This document shows, in pieces, positions 56,643-64,000 of a DNA stretch of 64,000 nucleotides. The first letter of the stretch is position 1. Every line of letters begins with the position of its first letter. The stretch lies in the NCBI GenBank assembly GCA_965223545.1, contig OZ245006.1, positions 1,056,001 to 1,120,000 on the forward strand, given 5' to 3'. The notes beneath the pieces are model-generated. The model searched no databases, had not been told where the DNA came from, and was given only the letters and a program-made list of their open reading frames with translations. A program made the translations under genes and the position numbers. Source of the stretch: Planctomycetota bacterium (GTDB lineage: Bacteria; Planctomycetota; UBA1135; UBA2386).

Positions 56643-57640
56643 GGGCGGGTCGGGGTGGAACACGACCACTCTACTCGGCGACAGAGCGCATGACGCAATC
56701 CGAGGATCGCGAGAAACGTCAGCAGGTACGCCAGGGTGCCAAGCGGCCACATGAGCGAGCGCAAATCGCTCGGGGTGGCGGGGATGAGCTTGACGGCGGC
56801 AAACCACACCGCGCACAAGACAGTCGGGATCGTCGCACCCCAGAACACGTCGAACGCCGAGACGCGATGCGCCATGTCGATGCGATGGACGAGGAGGAGC
56901 GATCCCAGGCCACCGGTCAAGCAGATCGCCGCGTACTTTCCGATCCGGTGGTCGAGCAGGATCCCGGCTTCGCCGATCTCGCGCAGGTGATTGGGGCAGC
57001 CCAAGACATGCGCCAACCACACCACGGCTCCACCAAAAGCGCACATCGCGACCGAGACCGAGATCCGCGTCGACCATGCCGGTCTGGTGTGGATCATCAG
57101 GGATGCGACTCCCATCGCGAGACCGCCGAGGCCACACAAGAGCACGACGGGAGCGGAAGCGGCACGGATACACGCCAGCTTGTCGACGTGGCCTCCCAAG
57201 GTGACCGGCCACGATGCCATGAACACGAGGACCGCCAAGCCGCCGAGGACCCCCGCGGCAAACGAGCACGTGAGCACTGCACGCGCCGCCGTCCTTTGGG
57301 GCACCTTGGGCGCAGCCGTTCCGCGGAACCGGTAGCCCGCGCCGCGCACGTTCTCGACGTAGCCGCGCGCATCCGGTGAGACCGCGCCCAGGACCTTGCG
57401 GATCTGACTGATGGCGGCGTAGACGCTGTCGTCCGTCGCGCTGGCCGGCCAGAACTCCTCCTTCAGAGTCGCCTTGGTCACGATCTCGCCCGGGCGGCGG
57501 GCGAGGTAGGCGAGGACGTCGAACGCCTGCCCCTGCAAACCCCGCACCGGGGCGCCGTCACAAGCCAGTCGCCGGCCGGGGACATCGATCGTGAATGCCC
57601 CAAACCGCAGGTGATCGACGTCGAGACCGGGGCCCACCAT
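56639..57640 (-). CDS. Membrane-anchored winged-helix regulator (CadC/OmpR-C DNA-binding domain plus multi-TM sensor)
   Basis: FGAF.ID, VL.YL..RPGEIVTK..L...W, AISQIRK.LG, YVENVRGAGYRF, then about 6 TMs. Confidence 0.82.
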   Translation of the reverse strand: MVGPGLDVDHLRFGAFTIDVPGRRLACDGAPVRGLQGQAFDVLAYLARRPGEIVTKATLKEEFWPASATDDSVYAAISQIRKVLGAVSPDARGYVENVRGAGYRFRGTAAPKVPQRTAARAVLTCSFAAGVLGGLAVLVFMASWPVTLGGHVDKLACIRAASAPVVLLCGLGGLAMGVASLMIHTRPAWSTRISVSVAMCAFGGAVVWLAHVLGCPNHLREIGEAGILLDHRIGKYAAICLTGGLGSLLLVHRIDMAHRVSAFDVFWGATIPTVLCAVWFAAVKLIPATPSDLRSLMWPLGTLAYLLTFLAILGLRHALCRRVEWSCSTPTRP

Positions 57641-57869
57641 TCGAATGACCGCTCCTCACACCGCGCAACGGCGATTCAAAGTCTGATTTGGTCGCTCGCA
57701 AGTGCCGCGAGCCAAGACAGCAAGCACCATTCAGCGAACGATCAGCATCTTACGCCCGAGTTGTGCGTACGCAGGGGACCAAGTGCCCTTGGCAGCGAGC
57801 GTGGATGGGCCCGCGGTCGCGATCCGCTCGAGCCGGTCCAAGGGCGTGGTCTTTTTCCGGAGACAACGC

Positions 57870-58007
57870 ATGCGTTTCATGACCATCTGCGCCCTCGCGC
57901 TCTACCTCTTCACCCGTCCCACAACGGCGCTCGCCGACACACTGCCGCCTTCCCTTGACGGGGGTGCACCGGTCCTGGCCGCCTCCGTCACAGCCGCGGG
58001 TAACTAG
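57870..58007 (+). CDS. Possible small secreted peptide or gene stub
   Basis: GGAG then ATG; MRFMTICALALYLFTRPTTALA|D; 45 aa. Confidence 0.3.
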   Translation: MRFMTICALALYLFTRPTTALADTLPPSLDGGAPVLAASVTAAGN

Positions 58008-58114
58008 CCGCGAATCCAGTGGTGGACCCCGTCCGCGCCGTGGCGAGTGCAGCGGCGCGGAATTTGCTCCTAACGGCCCGCAACACTTCGCAACCCGCCG
58101 GTGTGTCCCCCTGC

Positions 58115-60208
58115 ATGAGCACAACACCGTCCATCAGCGCTCTTCTCGAGCACGAGGACTTCGTCCGCCGGCTGGCCCTCAGCCTGGCGGCCGACCCCGC
58201 ATTCGCTGACGATCTGGCGCAGGACACTTGGCTCGCCGCGCTGCGGCGGCCACCCGAGACGCTGGCCTCGGTGCGGAGCTGGCTGGCCCGGGTGATGCAC
58301 AACCAGGCCAAGAACCAAGTGCGCGCCGACCACCGCCGCCGGCGGCGCGAAGCCGCGGCGGCGCGGCCCGAGACCGATGCCAGTGGCGCTGAGGCGCGCG
58401 AACGGCTGGCACTGCAGCACCGCGTCGTCGAAGCGGTCTTTGCCCTGCACGAACCACACCGCTCGGTCGTGCTGTTGCGCTACTACGACGGGCTGAGTTC
58501 GGCCGAGATCGCTCGCCGGCGCGGCGTCCCAGCGGCCACCGTGCGTTCGCAGCTCAAGCGCGGACTCGACGCACTGCGCGGCCAGCTCGACCGGGAGGTG
58601 CCGGGCGGGCGCACCGCGTGGACCACGCTGCTGCTGCGCTTCGCGGGCCGCGCGCCAGGGGCTGTTGGAGGGGGCGCGAAGATCGCGGCGGCGGCCGTCG
58701 CTCTGCTGGCCGCCGGCGCCGTGGCGGTGCCGGCCGCGGCCTGGAGCACCGCCTCCCCACCGCACATCGCCACCGTCGCGTCGCTCCAACTCGCCCCAAC
58801 CTCGCCAGGACCCGCGACCGCGCCGGCCGCGGCAAACCCGTCCCGGTCGCAACCCGCCGCAGGGGAACAGGAAGCGCAAGACCCCATCGAGCGCAAGACG
58901 CCGATCGAGCTCACGGCGCTGGCAGAACACGTCCAGGCCTTGTTGCGACAGCGCATGCTGACGCCGGCGCCCGAGCACGTGGATCCTGTCCTGCAAGGAC
59001 TGCGCGGCACAGCCGGCACGCATGGGGCCGCACGGGTGCTCCGCCGCGAAATCTGGGACGCCGCGGTGAACCCTCCGCTCGGCATCCCCGGCGGCGGCGC
59101 ATACTTCTCCTTCCACCGGCAGAGCCACAGCTACGGCGACGAACCGGACGTATCCCTGTCCATTGGGCGCTTCAGCTCCGGGTTCTACGGTGGTTCGCGC
59201 GGCTACCTCCTCGATCTGGGCAGCACTCCACTCGCGGCGGTCACGACGCTGGCCGAGCAGGAAGGAGACGCGCAGGCGGCCCCGGAGCTGAACGCTCAGT
59301 GGAGGCATCTGAGCGCGGACGCCGGCACCACAGACAGCGGCCACGATGACGCCTACGACCGGGAGGCGGAGCGACTGGGACTGCGGGACAACGTCGTGGC
59401 CCGCACCGGCCGCACCTACCTGCTGCGCGCATTGCTCGATCGCGAGCACGATGTCTTGGTCGCGTTTCGGTCGGTGCACGAGGATCAGGACGGCCACACC
59501 CTGGTGTGGCGCGTGCTGAAGACGTTCGGTTCCTACGGCGATGGCTCGACGTCTGCACCTCCTGCGACAAGGGGCAAGGCTCCCGCGTGGCTGCGACGCA
59601 AGACCTCAGAACAGCTCATGAAGACCTTGGACGAAATCCGCACCCGAGGTGAAGAAGCGCTCCTCGAGGTTCCGCATCAGCTCGCGCGCCGGTTCCGAGC
59701 GTTCGCGCGGCGCCACGGCCAGGGCTTGTGTCGCCTCCTGCACCGCGGCAAGTGGGACGCCATCACTCACAGCCAGGGTGGTGGCGCCTTCTTCTCCTTC
59801 GTCACCGAACGGCACCACTACCAGCACCAGCCAGACATCCTGCTCGAACAAGGCGTCTACCGCTCGGGGTTCGCGGGTTTGAACCGCGGCTTCGTCCTGG
59901 ACCTCGGGGACATCCGGCTCGAGCACGCGGATCGCATGCCGCCGTCACTCGACGAGGCCGGCCGACGCGCCTGGCGCTTTCTGCAAGACATGGTGCCGGA
60001 ACGGACCGATTACGGATTCAAGGTGAGCGACGACGACCACCAAACCGCCTACACCATGGGCCTCACCCGCGCGCCACGCGGGGTCGCCGGCCATTGCTAC
60101 CTGCTGCGGTCGGTGTGCACCGAGCACGACGTCACCGTGGTGTTCGAGACGCTCGGGGTCGACGACGCGGGCCACACGCTGCGCTGGCGCATCCTGAAGC
60201 AGCAGTGA
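58115..60208 (+). CDS. ECF sigma factor fused to a TM helix and a duplicated extracytoplasmic domain
   Basis: FVRRLA, DDLAQDTWLAAL, VVLLRYYDGLS..EIA, TVRSQLKRGL; then TM and two homologous domains (GGGA[YF]FSF...YLLR...GHTL.WR.LK). Confidence 0.88.
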   Translation: MSTTPSISALLEHEDFVRRLALSLAADPAFADDLAQDTWLAALRRPPETLASVRSWLARVMHNQAKNQVRADHRRRRREAAAARPETDASGAEARERLALQHRVVEAVFALHEPHRSVVLLRYYDGLSSAEIARRRGVPAATVRSQLKRGLDALRGQLDREVPGGRTAWTTLLLRFAGRAPGAVGGGAKIAAAAVALLAAGAVAVPAAAWSTASPPHIATVASLQLAPTSPGPATAPAAANPSRSQPAAGEQEAQDPIERKTPIELTALAEHVQALLRQRMLTPAPEHVDPVLQGLRGTAGTHGAARVLRREIWDAAVNPPLGIPGGGAYFSFHRQSHSYGDEPDVSLSIGRFSSGFYGGSRGYLLDLGSTPLAAVTTLAEQEGDAQAAPELNAQWRHLSADAGTTDSGHDDAYDREAERLGLRDNVVARTGRTYLLRALLDREHDVLVAFRSVHEDQDGHTLVWRVLKTFGSYGDGSTSAPPATRGKAPAWLRRKTSEQLMKTLDEIRTRGEEALLEVPHQLARRFRAFARRHGQGLCRLLHRGKWDAITHSQGGGAFFSFVTERHHYQHQPDILLEQGVYRSGFAGLNRGFVLDLGDIRLEHADRMPPSLDEAGRRAWRFLQDMVPERTDYGFKVSDDDHQTAYTMGLTRAPRGVAGHCYLLRSVCTEHDVTVVFETLGVDDAGHTLRWRILKQQ

Positions 60209-60210
60209 CG

Positions 60211-62337
60211 CTACTGCAGCTGCACCTGCAGCGCGTCGCTCAGCTCGAACGGTCCCGCGCAACCGCGGTCACACCGCACCGCCCACTGCGCCACGAACGT
60301 CGCCCCCACCAGGCTCGGCAGCGCGGGGAGCGGCAGCGGTAGCGCGGCGTTGCCGCGCTGGTCCGAGACCGCTGGCACCAGCACCGCGCCGTTTGGGTCG
60401 ACCCGCAGCGTGCACGCGCCCAGCGGCAATGAAGCGACCGACGTGCCCAGCACGGCGACCGCCGCGGTGCTTCGCTGGCTGTCGCGCAGGCGTACGGTAA
60501 ACGCGGCGTTGCCGGTCACCGCGCATCCGGCTGCGGTGTAGCCGCCGCGGCCGCAGCGGCCACCGAGGTCCGTGGTCACGCCGTCGTCGCTGCGGAACAG
60601 CACCATGCCGAGATGATCGGTGAGGGCCAGCGCGTTGTCGTTCTGGGTCGTAGCGTCCGCATGGTGGCTCGCCACCGCCGGAAAAAGGCGATACCGACTG
60701 CGTGGCGTTGTCCGCGTCTGCGTCACGAACGGACCCTCGCACGGCAAGCAGTCGAATGGATCCACCGACATCACCATCGAGTTGTCGTTCGCGTCGAGGT
60801 AGCTGAGCGTATACGAGTTGCCGCTCCACGCTACGCTCGCGAGCGGCGTCACCTGCGGTAGGAGGATGCCAGCGGTCGGACTCGTCACTGGCCCGATCAC
60901 GCGCTCTTGCCCGACGTACGCCACCTCGTCCGTAGAGTCCCAGAACACTGGCAAGCACGCGAGCTCTCCGTCCTCATTTGCGTAGGTGATCAGCCACTGC
61001 CGCCCGTTGCCGTCGACGTCAGGCTGGCTCGCTCCCACTCCCGCTTGGCCGAGCCCACCTTGGTCCAGGACGTTGAGGTTGCGGTCGATCACCGCTGCCT
61101 GCAGGTCCCCATTCAGCAGCCACACGGCAAGGTGCCGGCCTTCGAGGCCGTTCCCCTTGGAGACGACCAGCTGACTGTTTGTGTCGGCCGGGCCCAACGA
61201 TGTCTGGCTGATGACCTTGCCGTTGTAGGTCGCATCGATCTCGAGCTCAGCAGCTACGATCGTGCGCTGCGTTCCGTTGACTTCGTTCCAAACAATGAGG
61301 AGATCGTCGTCGAGCAACGTCGACTCACCGCCGATGTCGAAGGCCTCCATCGAAAGTCCGCGACCAACGCGAATATACGCCCCGAACACAGTGACCCCAT
61401 TCTGGACATAAAGTGAGGTCAGCCAAATGGGAAAGGTTAGGTGCGCGGGACGTGACAAGACACCACCGACAAAAGCGTCTCGTAACCGGACGTAAGACGA
61501 ACTCGGGGACAACGCGTTCCCATTCGAGGGGTATGAATAAACAACTGGATTCCAGCTTCCGTCCGGAGCCACTAGGATTCCTTGCCCCGACGAGAAATAC
61601 CCGTTGGGGTACGTCCCGCTGATCATGTAGAAGCCGTCCGCCCCCCCAGCCGCCACATCGACTTCGCCATCCCCCCATTGCCCTGGAGGCGGCTTCCTAA
61701 GAATGCCGCTAATCAAGGGATCGACGAGCAACGGCAGCTCCGCACGCGCGACAAACTCTGCGCCAACCCGAAGCCGCACCAGACCGGCCTCGTACTCGAG
61801 AACGCCGGGACTCTGTTCCCCGGCCGCGTCGATCGCAGTGACGCCCCCCATTCGCCATCCTGACCCGGTTGCATCGCGAAAAACGAGACCCCGCCCCTCG
61901 GCGACACCCTGCAGGTCGCACTCCAACCCGACTTCGATCAAGAGATCGCCGCTGCCCTCCGGCAACGCGGTGAGGAGAAAGCTCTGCTCGAGACCCCGGG
62001 CGACGGTCTCGTAGCGCTCGGTGACTACGCCGTGCACGTACTCCGCGCGCCGGCGACCGTCGACAAGTCGCGGTTGGCCGCCGTGAGCGCCCAGCCGCTC
62101 ACCGCCGTCGCGGCGCGCCTCGATGAAGCGCAACGCGAAAGGTGTGGGAACGCCGTTGGCACCCGACACCGAGAACGCCACCCCGCCGGGGCGTAGAGCG
62201 ACCGTCAGCCCGCTCGCCAGCACTGCTCGGAAGTCCGCGTCGAAATGGGGGGCGGCAATCGGCTGGTTGGGCACCTGCGGAGCCAAGGCGAGGACCGGAG
62301 ACAACAACAACGTCAGAGGGGGCTTCATGGTGGTCAT
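60211..62337 (-). CDS. Large secreted protein with lineage-type C-terminal domain (paralog 1)
   Basis: Signal-like N-terminus; VTERY...GLEQSF...GDL...LPLLVDP domain; beta-rich core. Confidence 0.8.
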   Translation of the reverse strand: MTTMKPPLTLLLSPVLALAPQVPNQPIAAPHFDADFRAVLASGLTVALRPGGVAFSVSGANGVPTPFALRFIEARRDGGERLGAHGGQPRLVDGRRRAEYVHGVVTERYETVARGLEQSFLLTALPEGSGDLLIEVGLECDLQGVAEGRGLVFRDATGSGWRMGGVTAIDAAGEQSPGVLEYEAGLVRLRVGAEFVARAELPLLVDPLISGILRKPPPGQWGDGEVDVAAGGADGFYMISGTYPNGYFSSGQGILVAPDGSWNPVVYSYPSNGNALSPSSSYVRLRDAFVGGVLSRPAHLTFPIWLTSLYVQNGVTVFGAYIRVGRGLSMEAFDIGGESTLLDDDLLIVWNEVNGTQRTIVAAELEIDATYNGKVISQTSLGPADTNSQLVVSKGNGLEGRHLAVWLLNGDLQAAVIDRNLNVLDQGGLGQAGVGASQPDVDGNGRQWLITYANEDGELACLPVFWDSTDEVAYVGQERVIGPVTSPTAGILLPQVTPLASVAWSGNSYTLSYLDANDNSMVMSVDPFDCLPCEGPFVTQTRTTPRSRYRLFPAVASHHADATTQNDNALALTDHLGMVLFRSDDGVTTDLGGRCGRGGYTAAGCAVTGNAAFTVRLRDSQRSTAAVAVLGTSVASLPLGACTLRVDPNGAVLVPAVSDQRGNAALPLPLPALPSLVGATFVAQWAVRCDRGCAGPFELSDALQVQLQ

Positions 62338-62426
62338 TCCGAAACCGCGGCCGTACACCCCTCGCACCCCGGGCCCATTATGGCCCTACCGCCACGCTTT
62401 GACCAGCGACCCAGGCGCGGCCCGCC

Positions 62427-64000
62427 CTACTGCAGCTGCACCAGCAGCGCGTCGCTCAGCTCGAACGGTCCCGCGCAACCGCGGTCACACCGCACCGCCC
62501 ACTGCGCCACGAACGACGCCCCGACCAAGCTCGGCAGCGCGGGGAGCGGCAGCGGCAGGGAGGCGTTGCCGCGCTGGTCCGAGACCGCCGGGACCAGCAC
62601 CGCACCGTTCGGGTCGACCCGCAGCGTGCACGCACCGAACGGCAGGGAAGCCACCGCGGTGCCCAGCACGGCGACCGCCGCGGTGCTTCGCTGGCTGTCG
62701 CGCAGGCGCACGGTGAACGCCGCGTTACCGGTCACCGCGCAGCCGGCCGCGGTGTAGCCGCCGCGGCCACAGCGACCACCGAGGTCCGTGGTCAGGCCGT
62801 CGTCGCTGCGGAACAGCACCATGTTGAGCCGGTCGGTGAGGACGAGCGCGTTGTCGTTGTGCGTCGTCACATCGGCGTGATGGCTTGCCATCGCTGGGAA
62901 TAGGCGATACGGCGTTCGCACTTGGGTGCGCGCTTGCGTGACCAACGGTCCTTCGCACGGTAAGCAGTCGAACGGGTCCACCGACATCACCATCGAGTTG
63001 TCGTTCGCGTCCAGATAGCTGATCGTGTACGAGTTGCCGCTCCAGGCCACGCTCGCGAGTGGGGTCGGCTGCGGCAGGAGAATGCCCGCCAGCGGAGTCG
63101 TCACTGGGCCAATCACTCTCTCCTGCCCGACGTACGCGACTTCGTCGGTCGAATCCCAGAACACCGGCAAGCACGCCAGGTCGCCGTCCTCATTGGCGTA
63201 GGTGACCAGCCACTGGCGCCCGTTGCCGTCGACGTCCGCCTGGCTCGCCCCCACGCCCGCCGGGCCGAGCCCACCCTGGTCCAGGACGTTGAGGCCGCGG
63301 TCGATCACCGCTGCGTGGAGGTTTCCGTTCAGCAACCAGACGGCCAGGTGCCGGCCTTCGAGGCCATTGCCCTTCGAGACGACCAGTTGGCTGTTAGTGT
63401 CGGCGGGGCCGATAGACACCTGCCGGATGACCTTGCCGTTGTAGGTCGCGTCGATCTCCAGCTCTGCAGCGACGATCGTGCGTTGCGTGCCGTTGGTTTC
63501 GTTCCAAACGACCAGCAGGTCGTCGTCGAGGAGCGTTGACTCTCCGCCGAGGTCGAAGGCCTCGATCGACAATCCGTTTCCCACGCGAATGAGCGCGCCG
63601 TAGGCCATCGCACCACTGCTCACATAAACCGACGTCATCCAGATGGGAACTGACTGATGGGGCGGGCGAGAAAGAACGCCGCCGACGAAAACATCTCGCG
63701 CTGGAAGATAGGCGCAACTTGGCGACAACGCGTTCACAGAAGGGTGCGTAACGGCACGAGGACCATAGCTTCCATCAGGGCCAACCAACGTCGCTCCTCC
63801 AGCGGCGCCATACCAGCCCGCGTAGGTCCCATTGACCATGTAGTAGCCATCCGGCCCGCCGGCCGCGACGTCGACTTCGCCACCCCAAGCGCCCGGCACC
63901 GGCGGCTTTGGCAAAATCCCACTGATCAATGGATCCACGAGCAGAGGGAGACGAGCCCGCGCCAAGAACGTCGCCTCGACCCGAAGCCGCACCAACCCAC
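62427..64000 (-). CDS. Large secreted protein, tandem paralog 2 (5' end outside the window)
   Basis: Colinear with 60211-62337; C-terminal about 370 aa nearly identical. Confidence 0.82.
   Translation of the reverse strand, partial: GLVRLRVEATFLARARLPLLVDPLISGILPKPPVPGAWGGEVDVAAGGPDGYYMVNGTYAGWYGAAGGATLVGPDGSYGPRAVTHPSVNALSPSCAYLPARDVFVGGVLSRPPHQSVPIWMTSVYVSSGAMAYGALIRVGNGLSIEAFDLGGESTLLDDDLLVVWNETNGTQRTIVAAELEIDATYNGKVIRQVSIGPADTNSQLVVSKGNGLEGRHLAVWLLNGNLHAAVIDRGLNVLDQGGLGPAGVGASQADVDGNGRQWLVTYANEDGDLACLPVFWDSTDEVAYVGQERVIGPVTTPLAGILLPQPTPLASVAWSGNSYTISYLDANDNSMVMSVDPFDCLPCEGPLVTQARTQVRTPYRLFPAMASHHADVTTHNDNALVLTDRLNMVLFRSDDGLTTDLGGRCGRGGYTAAGCAVTGNAAFTVRLRDSQRSTAAVAVLGTAVASLPFGACTLRVDPNGAVLVPAVSDQRGNASLPLPLPALPSLVGASFVAQWAVRCDRGCAGPFELSDALLVQLQ

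Noticed and set aside
60211..64000. Diversity-generating retroelement explanation for the paralog pair
   Set aside because: No reverse transcriptase in the window; differences include indels and synonymous changes and are not confined to adenines.

Overview
High-GC bacterial chromosomal window. The lineage is inferred to be Planctomycetota from the ECF sigma/Ser-Thr kinase pair, an ECF sigma factor with a long C-terminal extension, DUF6677-like membrane proteins and many secreted proteins. About 48 CDSs or gene remnants were found. No rRNA, tRNA, CRISPR array or transposase was recognised. Housekeeping genes include fadE, a DinG-like helicase, gpsA-plsY, SPFH-Arc and a hydantoinase/oxoprolinase. 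The most notable items are: (1) two convergent synthases, a 3088-aa C-A-PCP-KS-AT-KR-ACP-DH-ER hybrid with a permuted domain order and a Cys->Ser KS, and a KS-(dead AT)-ACP-luciferase-like monooxygenase, with reciprocal defects and no thioesterase; (2) an in-frame GT2 glycosyltransferase-ArsC arsenate reductase fusion beside DUF547 and MFS genes; (3) a family of about 190-200-bp palindrome-rich tandem repeats at two loci, each starting exactly at a gene's TGA stop; (4) a shared C-terminal domain on four secreted proteins, a candidate sorting or anchoring domain; (5) an ECF/ChrR-like-controlled TPR-DUF4331-HupE/UreJ-OprB operon; (6) decay scars (a parDE-like remnant and a ddl-like/ggt deletion junction) and a tandem paralog pair with a variable segment. 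All family assignments come from motif recognition by eye, with no database search.
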